Source: a virus (lineage: Duplodnaviria; Heunggongvirae; Uroviricota; Caudoviricetes). Taken from it: DNA of 64,000 nt. Below are positions 1 to 10,232 of this stretch, in pieces. The DNA lies in IMG/VR virus record IMGVR_UViG_3300037883_000041; one strand, written 5' to 3'. A model generated the notes under the pieces. The model had not been told where the DNA came from, did no database searches, and saw only the letters and a program-made list of their open reading frames with translations. The position numbers and the translations under genes were made by a program. Position 1 is the first letter of the stretch. Every line of letters starts with the position of its first letter.

Positions 1-1947
1 CACGAGCGGCGTATCCTGGTCGATGCTGACGTACTGGTTGAACACCTTCACCGTGATCTTGCCCGGTTCGATGTTGCCATTACCACGCAGCGACGGATGG
101 GCCATGCGAATCGCCTTCATGTACAGATGCGGACCCACTTCCTTGCCATACAGACGACGCAGGAGGTTGTACACCGACGCCTGATACTGCAGCAGGTTAT
201 GCGAACCATCCGGATCGTAAGCCTTGAAGAGATCTGCCAACTGGCCGAACGTGTAGACCTGGTCCGGGTCGATGTTGACCGACACCGCACCACGATGGTC
301 CGGATGGATGTAGGCGTCGATATACTCGGCCACCTCACCCACATTCGGCACCGACTTGGCTGCCGTCGTGAAGTTGAACAGACCCGTCTGGCGGAACTCG
401 CCCGGACGATTCTTCACTTCCTCGACCACCACCACGTCCAGGTAACCCGCAATACTCGGATCACCCTTGCCGACCACAGCCGGAGCCAGTTGCGCGTGCG
501 CCGCCACGTTGATGAAGAAACGACGCTCTTGATCCGGCGCACGATCGACAACCGAAGGAGCGTCGAGAATCAGCTGCTTCAGGCGCTCGAACAGGTGCAG
601 ACGGTTCGTGTTCGTGGCGTTGTTGTTGAACCACACAGCGAATTCATTCGCTTGCATGGTGTTCTTCGGGGCTTGCAGTTGACGCACGCCGCTGGTGCTG
701 CGTTGATTGCCATTCGTCGCGAAGAGCGACATGCGGATCTGGTCACGCGGCGGTTGTTCAGGCTGATGCGCAGGCTTCTCGGCCTTGGCAGTCGGCTTGT
801 CTTCCGGCCAACCGATGATCGCCTCGTAGTAGCCCACGTTGTCGGCTTTCTCCTGTGCACCGATGATGAACTGAAGGTCGTGACCACTGTATTCGCCGTC
901 CTTCAGGCATTCGAACACGATCTCGCCGTAGACCTTTTCGCCCTTGGTCACTTCTTCGAGCGGAGGATGCTGGACGTGCTTGAAGCGGAAGCCGTCGAAC
1001 TTGGCTTCGATGTCAAGGCCCGTCAGGTACTGATCGAAGTCATCGACGACGGTTTCGAGCATGTTGGCTTTGAGCCACTCGACAAAATGCGTGAACTTGA
1101 GCACTTCACCGATCGGCGTGTACATCGGCAGATAGTCGAGACCCTTGCCAACTTGCACCATGTTGGCGTTTTCCGGCGTTGCTTGTTGAACTTGCATGTT
1201 ACTAGCCTCCTCAGGCTGGGTGAATGCTTCAGGATTGAACTCGAACGAGAAACCATCCGTGTCCAGATACTCGCGACGCGCGGGTTCTTCCGTGCGTTTA
1301 GTACGAATTCGGATCGTAGCGAGACGATCGCCATCAGGTGGCAATACCACGTCGATTGCAATACAGCCCGACTGCGAGTAGCGTGCTTTACGACGATAGC
1401 CGCCTTGACGGAAACGCAGTGGCAGGTTAGTCAGCTGTTTGTCGATCAGATACGACTCGATCTTCTTGCGCAGCCGCTCGCCATCGTTGCCGAAACTAGA
1501 GAATGTGAGCCAAAGACGCAACTCATCCCAATCCACCCCGCCACCTTCGGAGATCGGATCAGTGCCAATGCCGCGCAACTTTTTCGTGTCGAGTTCCGCA
1601 GTTGGCTGGATCAGCCGTCCGGCGATGATGTATTCTCGCCCGCCGCCATCCGGAATAGCAGTCAGCAACGCGATCATGCCGATCACGTCCCTAGGCGCAT
1701 CCTTGATGGAGATCTTCATGATCCTCAGGCCGCGATGATGAATAGTGGCCGCGTACATCTCCGCTACATCGACAGTGATGAAGGCAACATTGGTCCGTGT
1801 TTGCTTACACAGATCCTCGACAATCGCCATGATGGAAGCGAGCGTAGCTGCGTGACCTAGGTAGATGTTAGCCTTGAGCCACTCCATGATGCTCGGCTGC
1901 GCATACACTCCCATGCGGGTCGGTCGTTCTTGGTTGATCGTGTTCAT
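1..1947 (-). CDS. large hypothetical protein, N-terminal part only (ATG at 1945-1947, ORF runs off the window start, >640 codons in window)
   Basis: The reverse complement of 1..1947 reads without a stop from ATG (MNTINQERPTRMGVYAQPSIMEWL...). The listed + ORF 97..1860 is its R/L/V-rich antisense shadow. The ORF track omits it because it is incomplete. Confidence 0.55.
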   Translation of the reverse strand, partial: MNTINQERPTRMGVYAQPSIMEWLKANIYLGHAATLASIMAIVEDLCKQTRTNVAFITVDVAEMYAATIHHRGLRIMKISIKDAPRDVIGMIALLTAIPDGGGREYIIAGRLIQPTAELDTKKLRGIGTDPISEGGGVDWDELRLWLTFSSFGNDGERLRKKIESYLIDKQLTNLPLRFRQGGYRRKARYSQSGCIAIDVVLPPDGDRLATIRIRTKRTEEPARREYLDTDGFSFEFNPEAFTQPEEASNMQVQQATPENANMVQVGKGLDYLPMYTPIGEVLKFTHFVEWLKANMLETVVDDFDQYLTGLDIEAKFDGFRFKHVQHPPLEEVTKGEKVYGEIVFECLKDGEYSGHDLQFIIGAQEKADNVGYYEAIIGWPEDKPTAKAEKPAHQPEQPPRDQIRMSLFATNGNQRSTSGVRQLQAPKNTMQANEFAVWFNNNATNTNRLHLFERLKQLILDAPSVVDRAPDQERRFFINVAAHAQLAPAVVGKGDPSIAGYLDVVVVEEVKNRPGEFRQTGLFNFTTAAKSVPNVGEVAEYIDAYIHPDHRGAVSVNIDPDQVYTFGQLADLFKAYDPDGSHNLLQYQASVYNLLRRLYGKEVGPHLYMKAIRMAHPSLRGNGNIEPGKITVKVFNQYVSIDQDTPLV

Positions 1948-1957
1948 TTCGTTTCCT

Positions 1958-2350
1958 TTATTTTAAGACTTCTCTTGTAATGACGTTGGTGATCGAGGCA
2001 ATCTTTTCACCGAGGTAAGGCATGACAGCCCACACTCGTGTCTTAATCTCGTAAACGAGCTCGACGGTTTCACGGTTCCGAAAGAGCACGCTTACTGCGA
2101 CGATCTCCAGCTTGTAGGTGCGCTCCGCTGTGCGCGTGATGATGGCCTTCCAGTTATCGCGATCGATGTACTTGTGTTTCTTCTGGAGAACCTGGCGAAT
2201 CTCCATGTCCAGACACACCCAAGCGAGCGAACCCACACTGCTCTTCTTCATCAAGAACTCTGATAGACCATTCATTCCTTCAAGAGGGAACTCTTCCCGA
2301 TCGCCTTTGATCATTTCGTCCTCGCTTGTAACCGTTTGTATCAAGGGCAT
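1958..2350 (-). CDS. hypothetical protein (130 aa)
   Basis: ORF with ATG at 2348-2350, tightly packed after the upstream gene. Confidence 0.5.
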   Translation of the reverse strand: MPLIQTVTSEDEMIKGDREEFPLEGMNGLSEFLMKKSSVGSLAWVCLDMEIRQVLQKKHKYIDRDNWKAIITRTAERTYKLEIVAVSVLFRNRETVELVYEIKTRVWAVMPYLGEKIASITNVITREVLK

Positions 2351-2390
2351 AGGGCGAAGAGTGGGTTGCCCCGCCTCTTCGCCATCAGCC
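2346..2390 (-). terminator. rho-independent terminator hairpin (ggcgaagag...ctcttcgcc) after the 2396..4251 gene
   Basis: 9-bp stem with GC-rich loop directly after the stop codon, followed on the minus strand by CTATGCCC and a T-rich stretch. Confidence 0.45.
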
Positions 2391-2395
2391 CCGGT

Positions 2396-4251
2396 TTACT
2401 GCTGTTGTGCGTCACTCACTTGGCACTGGAACGTCAGGATCGGTACATTGCTGTCCTTGTTCAGTACGATGATGTACGCGTTGTTTTCGCCGCGCAGGAA
2501 CGCCAGTTCCTGTTCGTCGCGCTCGCTGGTCAGGCAAGCTTCGTAGTGCCAGTCACCTGCATTCACCAGGCCGCCTGCAAAGATGAAGCTTTCGGCTGCA
2601 TCCAGTGCAAACGAGTCCAGATTGTTCAGGTTGCCTTCGTTGCGGAAGCGCGCCAGCACGTGCTTGAGCATCGCCTGATCGCTGCCGGTCAGGTAGAAGT
2701 CGCGCATCTTCGTGGCCTCTACCACCGCTTCGTTCAGCTTGCGCGGTGCCGGAAGCTTTTCGAGCACGCTGTCCGGATCGGCAGGCGTATCGCGCACTTC
2801 CTTCCACGTTTCGGAAAGTTGCTTCACGTGCGGACCTTCTTTGCTGGCTTCCTCGAAACGCTCGACGTTCTTTGCGAGCGGCGGCTGCTTCGGGCTGTCT
2901 GCAGCGACCTTCACCATCAGGTTGCCTTGATGCCCGACGTCGTCTAGCAAGACCGTGAAGAGAATGCCCGCTTCCGAACCGTCCTCGCGGTCGAAATGCG
3001 CTTCGACGATGATCTTCGCCGTGTTCCGGTGACTTCGGTGCATGTAAAACGTCACATGCGGATTTTCGATACCCGACAGAACCAGCGCCTGCTTCGGATC
3101 ACCGACGGCTTCACGGAACGCGAGCGAGTCGGTGTGATCCGCCACGTGATCGACGAAGGTCACGAGCGAGTCCACCACGCAGAACGGTACGCGTTTGCCC
3201 GAATTCAGTTCCAGCAGGATCTGATCGAATGCGTCGAGCATGCGCGACGTGGTCATGCCGCCTTGTTGGCGCGGGGTGATCGAGATGCCGCTTTCGCCGT
3301 CGGTGAAGATCATCTGCAGTTGCGGGGCGCGTTCACCGAATTCCAGATCGCTACGATCGAGCAAGATCGTGATGATGCCCGGACCTTCGTGAATCGAGAA
3401 GCGCGGCGTCTTGTCCGTTTGCTTCTTGTGCGTGTTCAGCGCTAGGTGCTTGGACCAGGCCGACAGCTGATCGTCGATGAACTTCTCGACGTTGATGAGG
3501 TCCGACGGATCAGCCGTTTCTTGCAGCAGCATGGAGAGGTCATGACGACCGTAGTACACGGTCGGCTTGGTGCCGTCCGATTCCTGCTCTGCTGCCGGGG
3601 TTGCTTGTTGCTCACTCACTTCAGGCTCCTTGTTTTGGTCGTTGAGGGGAAATGCTTGCAGGGTGTATTCTGCCCACGTCGGCCACAGGTGTTTCCAGTG
3701 ACAGAAATGGTCGATACCCACTTGTTCTAGGTTTCTGAACGGAACTTCTGCTTTGGTGATGAGGGTCCGTTGCGTGTCGATCATGAAACCGAACACGTAC
3801 ACGATTCCGTTATGAAAACCCTCGATCAGCAGTGGCGGATCTTCATGCTCGTGCTCAGCTGCCGTCCGGATGATGAAACTGGAGAGCTCCGCTTGCTTCT
3901 CCTTGTCCAGCACTACGTCGAGAATACCCGTGAATGCGACGAATACCCCGAGGTTCTGCTTACCGCCCTGGGCATAGAGATCGTAGAAGTTGACGCGCCA
4001 CTTCGTCCGTCCCACAATGCCGATGCTGCGATCGAAATCATCCACGTAACGATCAGCCAGATCGGTCGCTACTTGGTTGGTTCGGTTCCAGAAAGCTCGC
4101 TGTGCTTCGCCATCTGCACAATAGGAATCCAGAAGATCGCGCAGCGCATTCAGGTCACCCAAAACGTAACCGTCCAGCGTTCTGAATTCCAGTAGTAGTG
4201 ACGGAGGACACGGCAGCACCATCAGATCGTTTTCGTTGTTTTCGCTCATAC
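2396..4251 (-). CDS. hypothetical protein (~618 aa)
   Basis: Long ORF. The internal ATG at 4249-4251 is preceded by AAGGAAGG, so MSENNENDLMV... is the likely start. The track extension to 4300 overlaps the upstream gene. Confidence 0.6.
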
Positions 4252-4256
4252 CTTCC

Positions 4257-4850
4257 TTACTGGGTAAAGGCCGTGATCGCGCTGTGACGTTTGAAGTCAC
4301 GGAACGCCACCACGGTGATGCCCTCGTCGTTCAACTCCAGGTCGAACGTAAAAGTTGCGGGATGCTTGCGATCCATCATCTCAAAGTACTCGAGGTGATG
4401 GGCCAGCAGATCATTGCGCTCGTCATTCAACGAGATCTTGCGAATCGAGAGCGCCGTTTTCAGGTCCTTCAGGGTAAAGCTGGCGTTCAGGTGTTCGATC
4501 ACACTCTGGCGTGCCTGGCTCTGTTTGCGGATCACCAGTTGCTCGTGGTTCGTACCTTCGAGCTTCTTCCACTTCAGATGCACCGTGCCCATCTGAGTGT
4601 TCGGTGTACCCTTGGCCATCACGTACAGGTCGATCTTGTGGCTATCACCTTCGACGCGTCCAAAAGCAAAGAGCGGAGCGCCGACACGCAGTTCCGGATT
4701 GCGATCCAGGTACGCGTTATGGACCTTGTTCGCCTCTGAAATGATGCTGTCTGCAATTTCTTCGGTGGTATGGTCCAGCAAGTGGCAACGCAGATCGAAC
4801 GTTCCCACGAACAGCTTTGAACTGATTGCTTTGGTTGCGACGACGCTCAT
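4257..4850 (-). CDS. hypothetical protein (197 aa)
   Basis: ORF with no recognisable motifs. Confidence 0.5.
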   Translation of the reverse strand: MSVVATKAISSKLFVGTFDLRCHLLDHTTEEIADSIISEANKVHNAYLDRNPELRVGAPLFAFGRVEGDSHKIDLYVMAKGTPNTQMGTVHLKWKKLEGTNHEQLVIRKQSQARQSVIEHLNASFTLKDLKTALSIRKISLNDERNDLLAHHLEYFEMMDRKHPATFTFDLELNDEGITVVAFRDFKRHSAITAFTQ

Positions 4851-4941
4851 GATAGTTACCTTTATTGTCAGAAATGGTCCACTAGATAAGGTTTTCTTAT
4901 CCTATTCTGACTGGGTAATATAGGTCTCAATCTGGTTTGAA

Positions 4942-5370
4942 TCAGGACAAAAGTATCGCCGCCACCATGCAGGCTACCAAACCAAAGAAAGCGACCGCTA
5001 TCGTCTTGTTACCACTGTCCTCCTTCGGTGCCGGATCGCTGTAACACATCACCGCGGTTTCCGAGGCAGTGCCCTGTACTTCACTGGCGACACCGTTCGG
5101 ACACGCAGCGGCCGTGCTTGAGCCGTGCGGAATGATGATAAACGGATTGGTACGCCGTGGAGCAGACACACTCTCATGACCACCTTCGCTCACGCTTTCA
5201 TGCGCCGAGCTATGGCCTTCACCACCAGCGTGCCCACTCGCATGACCGCTCGAGTGTCCACCCCCTCCATGACCCCCGCCACCAAATGCAAATGCCATGG
5301 GAATCCCAACCACCATGGCCAGCACGATTACAACAATCAACCCCATAACTGCGATTCCAATCTTCTTCAT
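4942..5370 (-). CDS. membrane-anchored His/Gly-rich protein (142 aa); possible metal-binding repeats GGGGHGGGGHSSGHASGHAGGEGH
   Basis: N-terminal transmembrane helix MKKIGIAVMGLIVVIVLAMVVGIPMAFAF followed by a G/H-rich low-complexity region. Confidence 0.5.
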   Translation of the reverse strand: MKKIGIAVMGLIVVIVLAMVVGIPMAFAFGGGGHGGGGHSSGHASGHAGGEGHSSAHESVSEGGHESVSAPRRTNPFIIIPHGSSTAAACPNGVASEVQGTASETAVMCYSDPAPKEDSGNKTIAVAFFGLVACMVAAILLS

Positions 5371-5441
5371 TGCTTATTGCCTTTTATAGTTAGACTCCTA
5401 CAACATCAGGTAGGTGCGTGAAAAAAAGAAATAAGGGCATA

Positions 5442-5465
5442 CAGGCGGAGCCGAAGCCCCGCCTG
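5442..5465 (-). terminator. rho-independent terminator (caggcggagccgaagccccgcctg; UUCG tetraloop on the minus transcript) followed by a T-run
   Basis: Hairpin immediately downstream of the 5469..5786 gene stop. The minus strand then reads TATGCCCTTATTTCTTTTTTT. Confidence 0.6.
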
Positions 5466-5468
5466 CGT

Positions 5469-5786
5469 TCACACGTACTTCTTCAGAATTGCGCGAACGT
5501 ACACCCACTTACCCGTGCGATACAGGTAGTAGGCGATTGCAACCAACCACAGCCACAGCGGCAATGCCGTCAGGAAGTACAGTGCGGTGACAACGGCGAT
5601 GATAACGATTTTCGTCGTGATGATCGTCGGAGCCAGACCGAACTTGGCCACGACCTTTTGCATGAACTCGGAGGCACTTTCCGTGCTCTTGCTCCAGATC
5701 GTGTACTGCCCGAGGGCGTCGCTGAACTGCAATGCCACGAGGGCGAGGAAGACGAATAACCCCAGATGTGCGATGGCGAACACCAT
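5469..5786 (-). CDS. small membrane protein (~105 aa)
   Basis: Hydrophobic ORF. The track start is a TTG extension; the ATG at 5784-5786 with AAAGGAA upstream is more plausible. Confidence 0.5.
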   Translation of the reverse strand: MVFAIAHLGLFVFLALVALQFSDALGQYTIWSKSTESASEFMQKVVAKFGLAPTIITTKIVIIAVVTALYFLTALPLWLWLVAIAYYLYRTGKWVYVRAILKKYV

Positions 5787-5840
5787 GATGATTCCTTTCA
5801 GGAGAGTTGTACAACACAAGATAACTCTCCTGAAGATTCA

Positions 5841-6065
5841 TCAACCACCCTGCATATGGGTTTTAAACCCCAGGAACGTGGCGTAGCCTTTTGATGCCAG
5901 CCACTTGTTCAGCTCCTCGAGCTCGTCGTGCCACTCTATCGGGATCTCCTTGTTGGCATCGTAATAGCGTTCCATCGCCACGACGATTTCCTTGGCGCGC
6001 TCTTCTGCTACGATGAAACGCGGCCGCAGCCCCAGCGGCGGTACTTCAACCTTCTCTTGCGCCAT
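5841..6065 (-). CDS. hypothetical protein (~74 aa)
   Basis: ORF MAQEKVEVPPLGLRPRF... with GGAG 6 nt upstream of the ATG at 6063-6065. Confidence 0.4.
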   Translation of the reverse strand: MAQEKVEVPPLGLRPRFIVAEERAKEIVVAMERYYDANKEIPIEWHDELEELNKWLASKGYATFLGFKTHMQGG

Positions 6066-6168
6066 AGTCATCTCCAAACAAGTTGATACAGACGACACAG
6101 TCGCCCTTTTCAGTGTGCCAGCGCACGCACTGACACACCAGACAGTATTTGCTCCCCACTACGCCCTC

Positions 6169-7029
6169 TTACTTGAACTTGATGTTGAGCAGCTTCACGC
6201 CGACTTCCGCACCGCGCGGCGGCATGAAGAACGGGAACTGCGAGGCCAACGTGGCTTCGAGCGCATTGCCGAGCAACATCTTCGAGAAGACGCCCGAGAT
6301 GTTTTCACCGAACAAGGTATGGACGAAGGCGAACACGTAGTCCGTGCCCTGGAACGAGAATTCACCCTGCGCTTCCGACGCTGTGCGAACATAACCTTCG
6401 CGGTCTGCCGGATGCAGATTAGCACCCATTGCGTAGGGCATCGGAACCAGACCATGCGGCGCATGCGACTTCGGTACCGCATAGAAGCGCAGGTTATCAC
6501 CCAACACCAGATCGAAACGATAGCTCGGACCGGCCTTGTGATCCGGTTCGTACGCGATCGTGCTTGCGCGCTGAACGATGAAGCCGCCGTGCACAGGACC
6601 AACCTTCTGGTTGGCCACGCCCAGGATCGCCGAAGCATTGTACTTGAACAGATCCTCCTGCGATGGCGCCCAGTCGCCACGGCTGTGATACGGCGCGTTC
6701 ATGAACGAACGATCGAGGTCCTGCAATGCGATCGACGAAATCAGACGGTGGTGGTCTCGTCCGCAGCTGATCCCGCTCAGAAAATCCTGGACGCCCTTGT
6801 GCAATTGCGTGGCATCATGCAGGTCTTGATCGTACGTCGAATCGTAGACACGCAGAAAGCACGTACCGCGTTCGTGCGTCACATCGCTTGCTACTTCCAG
6901 GCGGTAGTTAGGCAAGTAGGCAGCGTGAACAATATCATTGAGCGGACCGCACACGTCGATCTTGAAGAGACCGAAGTCAGCCGTGGGGGTGTTCGGAGTA
7001 GCGAGGACTTGATTGGTGTTCTTACGCAT
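6169..7029 (-). CDS. hypothetical protein (286 aa)
   Basis: ORF with no recognisable motifs. Confidence 0.5.
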   Translation of the reverse strand: MRKNTNQVLATPNTPTADFGLFKIDVCGPLNDIVHAAYLPNYRLEVASDVTHERGTCFLRVYDSTYDQDLHDATQLHKGVQDFLSGISCGRDHHRLISSIALQDLDRSFMNAPYHSRGDWAPSQEDLFKYNASAILGVANQKVGPVHGGFIVQRASTIAYEPDHKAGPSYRFDLVLGDNLRFYAVPKSHAPHGLVPMPYAMGANLHPADREGYVRTASEAQGEFSFQGTDYVFAFVHTLFGENISGVFSKMLLGNALEATLASQFPFFMPPRGAEVGVKLLNIKFK

Positions 7030-7044
7030 GATGGTTTCCTTGTT

Positions 7045-7428
7045 TCAGTGGTTAGGGAGTGCTGCAATAGCTGCCCGATCCGCATCGGACAATTCGTAAT
7101 GCAGAGGCGAAGTGCCACGTTCGTCGTTCGTTTCGAACTCTTGATCGTGATCCTTCGTTTGTAACGCGATCGTCTGAGTGCTCCTCTTCGCAAAACGCAG
7201 CCGATCAATGCCGCGCGAATGACCGATCCACACCGCCGCATACATCTTCGGCGCAGTGTAAGGCTTGCCTGCGTCAAACTCTACGTCGTAGCCCTTGTCT
7301 TCCAGGAGCTGCTTGATCTCCTCGTAGAACTTCGCTGCCAACGGTTTGATCTTCGGCTGACGCAGGTACTTTGGGTTGCCCATGATGATGATCGCCAAGG
7401 GCTTCTTCTTTTCCTTCTGTTCGACCAC
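7045..7428 (-). CDS. hypothetical protein (127 aa)
   Basis: ORF with ATG start and a Lys-rich N-terminus. Confidence 0.5.
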   Translation of the reverse strand: MVEQKEKKKPLAIIIMGNPKYLRQPKIKPLAAKFYEEIKQLLEDKGYDVEFDAGKPYTAPKMYAAVWIGHSRGIDRLRFAKRSTQTIALQTKDHDQEFETNDERGTSPLHYELSDADRAAIAALPNH

Positions 7429-7437
7429 ACTACCTCC

Positions 7438-7530
7438 TACATCGGTGGCGTTCTACGACCCCAGACGAGAATCAGAATCGCCAGCAGCACAAAGAACCAG
7501 AACTTCGGCCCACTCGTTGCCTTTTTCATG
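7438..7530 (-). CDS. possible 30-aa hydrophobic mini-protein (MKKATSGPKFWFFVLLAILILVWGRRTPPM)
   Basis: Short ORF in an intergenic gap with a transmembrane-like core. Below the ORF-track length cutoff. Confidence 0.25.
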
Positions 7531-7581
7531 ATGTCCTCCTACGACATAAGAGGCAGGGTCAGCCCTGCCTCTCTACCTGTG

Positions 7582-8049
7582 TTACTGCAAGGTTATGCCC
7601 GCACCTGGCGTGACGACGCGCAGCCCAAAATCAGAACGATACGTCTTACGCGGAGCACGCAACTCCACACCGTCGAGCATGGTGGTGTTGTAGCGCATGT
7701 ACTGCACGTCCTTGTTGATCGTGCCGGGGCTGAACTTGAGCATCTTGGCAATCAACGACTGCTTCATGCCGTGCTTCATCATGTCCGCCACGATGGGGCG
7801 ACGCTCGTCCGGTCCCAGCCAATACGAAAACACTTCATCTGCGCCGTCCCGAAACAGCTTAATGTCGTGCTTGTCGCCAACCTGAGTGATGATCAACTCG
7901 AGGTTCTTGTACTTGTGGATGGTGAGGTTGTAGTACTTACGACTGCGTTGATACTTAGCGCGAAAGTCGCTAATGAAATCGCCGACGCGATCGAATTTCT
8001 TTGCCATAATCGTAACGTTTCCTGTAGAGTTGTTAGCTGTAGATGTCAT
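7582..8049 (-). CDS. hypothetical protein (possible helix-turn-helix near the C-terminus; alternative start at 8007)
   Basis: ORF containing MKQSLIAKMLKFSPGTINKDVQ, which looks like a helix-turn-helix. Confidence 0.45.
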   Translation of the reverse strand: MTSTANNSTGNVTIMAKKFDRVGDFISDFRAKYQRSRKYYNLTIHKYKNLELIITQVGDKHDIKLFRDGADEVFSYWLGPDERRPIVADMMKHGMKQSLIAKMLKFSPGTINKDVQYMRYNTTMLDGVELRAPRKTYRSDFGLRVVTPGAGITLQ

Positions 8050-8068
8050 AAGCCGGGCAAATGCCCGG
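8050..8068 (-). terminator. hairpin gccgggcaaatgcccggc between the genes at 8087..8914 and 7582..8049
   Basis: 6-bp GC stem with 5-nt loop in the intergenic gap. Confidence 0.35.
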
Positions 8069-8086
8069 CCCTGTTACGTGAGAGGC

Positions 8087-8914
8087 TTATGCCTCTTCTT
8101 TATGCTCTTTTACCACACTGCGGGCAGCTGCAGCCGTAAACGGCCACGGTTCGTCACCACCGAGGAACTTACCTTCGGGCAGCCAGTGGAACTTCACCAG
8201 ACCCGCCGCCAAGATACCCGGCATGTACTTATCGACACGCTTCTCCACCCACTGACAAATCTCGTCGTAGCCAAAATGCGAACGCAGATTGACGAAACGA
8301 TGATGAGCCAACAGGATTTGACGCGAGCCAAACACTTCCGCATGCCCCGCTACGGCACCACCGTAATATACGTGGCTATCGTAAGAGGCTTCGAACACGA
8401 ACTCCGCGCCTTTATTATCGGCACCCTGGTCTTCACCAGCGGTGCGATAAATCGACGTGTGAACATAGAAGTTTGTGTCCATGGTCAGATGCAACTTCAG
8501 TTGCGGTGCTTCCATCTTCGGACCGGCTTCAAGCATCGACTGCAAGGACTTCACCGGACGCAGATGACGCAAGCGTGTTGCAAAGAAATACGGGAGCAAG
8601 AAATTGTCCACGTACTTATCCCAGCTTGCGCCATTGGAAGGCACGCGCTCCTGACCGTAACGTGTGCGCAACCAGGCCACCATCTCGTTCTTGACCATCG
8701 TCAAGTCCAAGGCTTTTGCTTCAGCCGGGTTGACCTTCAGTGAGGCACGGAAGAACTCCGAACTCACCTCGCGCGATTCGACATGACGCGTCCGGATCTC
8801 GAAGTCCGGCAAACGATCCAGAGTCACATCACTCGGGTCCATCAGCCAGGCACCGTGAGCGAACGGGATGTCGACACGTTTACGATTAGCACCGCCAAGT
8901 ACTTCACTCATCAC
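8087..8914 (-). CDS. hypothetical protein (275 aa)
   Basis: ORF with ATG start. Confidence 0.5.
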   Translation of the reverse strand: MMSEVLGGANRKRVDIPFAHGAWLMDPSDVTLDRLPDFEIRTRHVESREVSSEFFRASLKVNPAEAKALDLTMVKNEMVAWLRTRYGQERVPSNGASWDKYVDNFLLPYFFATRLRHLRPVKSLQSMLEAGPKMEAPQLKLHLTMDTNFYVHTSIYRTAGEDQGADNKGAEFVFEASYDSHVYYGGAVAGHAEVFGSRQILLAHHRFVNLRSHFGYDEICQWVEKRVDKYMPGILAAGLVKFHWLPEGKFLGGDEPWPFTAAAARSVVKEHKEEA

Positions 8915-9047
8915 ACTTCTCCAGTTAAGACGTCTCTGCCATCAGGGGCCCAATGCCGATGTGATGTCAGTACAAGCAACGTCGTGATGTAAACGGATAG
9001 ATTGCTCTATCCATACCAAGAGTCGGCTGGGTAAATTTAGTCCGACT

Positions 9048-9540
9048 CTAGTCCTGCAAACTGATGTACTTGTGAAACTCATCCAGGATGTTCAGCCAGA
9101 TCTTCATCTGCTTCTGGACATCGAGGGCATACTTGCGGCCGATGGCCGCTTTCGTTTCGCCGACCTTGTGACCCATGCACAGCGTGAACCAGTAGTAGAT
9201 CAGGTCTGCTGATAGATGCGCGCGACGTGCTGGGACGGCCAGCCCAGCGGGCAAGATATGGTCACCATGCCGGGGGAACAGATACATGTTGTCCGTCTGT
9301 TTGAAGTCCAGCGTCTTGACAGCCGGGCTACCCTCGTGCGGCGGAAGTACGCTGCGCACAGCAAGGCTTGCCGCACTATTGGGCAGGCTCAATACGAAGC
9401 CCTGGGGATTGATACCATTGCGCTCCGGGTAATCGGCCGTCGCGACATTGAGCACCATGCTCGGATGCTTGATGCTTTCCAGAAACGTAATGATGTCCCA
9501 GAATGAACGATGAAATTCCAGTCCAGTAACAACCATGATT
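9048..9540 (-). CDS. hypothetical protein (~164 aa)
   Basis: The internal ATG at 9538-9540 is preceded by AAGGAAGG and the TTACAAC motif. The longer track ORF runs through a terminator hairpin. Confidence 0.5.
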
Positions 9541-9569
9541 CCTTCCTTGTAAGTACGTTGTAATGAGGG

Positions 9570-9597
9570 CATAAGAGGAGAGCCAAAGCTCTCCTCT
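9570..9597 (-). terminator. hairpin gaggagagccaaagctctcctc followed by CTTATGCCC (terminator downstream of the tRNA array and non-coding region)
   Basis: 9-bp stem on the minus strand directly upstream of the promoter/RBS of the 9048..9540 gene. Confidence 0.45.
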
Positions 9598-10142
9598 CGT
9601 ACCAATGCGTCGATTAGCAGAGTCCAGTTGGACAGGTAGCTGGGGATTGCTTTGACTCCTTGCGACTCGAATGCACATCCACCAGGGCTCACGATACCCC
9701 CGTGCACGGGAATAAGTCAATCCTAGCGGCTGCGTATTCACAACACCGGTGTAAGCTTTCGCGCGACCTTAAGCCGCGCAGACGCAACGTATCAGTACGG
9801 CCGAGCGCGCCAGCTGGCGCAACATCTCCGGGTCGGCACTTCAGGTTTCCCTGGTTACCAACTGTTCGCGAAGAGCGACCGCACCGCGCAACCAGTGCTG
9901 TAGACGAACAACTTGCCGGTGTTTGCGTCACCGACCGTACGATTCGTCACCAGGTTGCGCGCGCAAACGCGCCCTAATGACACGAAGGTCCCCCCACTGA
10001 ATCGTGAGTCATGGGGTCACAGGCAAACGCCTGAAAGGTTTGAGAACACCGTCGACTCGGTCTGATTCGCAGTACAGTCAGCGGCAGGTCAGTGCATGCA
10101 AAGTAAGGGACATAGTTTCACGTCCGACAATGTTCTCAAAAC

Positions 10143-10222
10143 TGGCGGGCCAAGAGGGACTCGAACCCCCGAAAAAACCTCAGTACTACAAGGCTGTGCA
10201 ATTCCACCCGCACATTTGGCCC
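10143..10222 (-). tRNA. tRNA with atypical anticodon arm (80 nt; identity unassigned)
   Basis: Acceptor stem GGGCCAA/TTGGCCC with CCA encoded. D-arm GTGC..GCAC. T-arm GGGGG-TTCGAGT-CCCTC. The anticodon stem only pairs if the loop is 6 or 8 nt rather than the canonical 7. Confidence 0.5.
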
Positions 10223-10232
10223 AGGGTGAAAT

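Noticed and set aside
97-1860. 587-aa plus-strand ORF
   Set aside because: R/L/V/H-rich composition typical of the antisense frame of a GC-rich gene. The real gene is the minus-strand ORF running from 1947 off the window start.
9660-9977. 105-aa Arg-rich plus ORF and 80-aa minus ORF in the 9600..10140 gap
   Set aside because: Extreme Arg/Ser/Pro bias, no RBS and overlap on opposite strands. I treat the region as non-coding.
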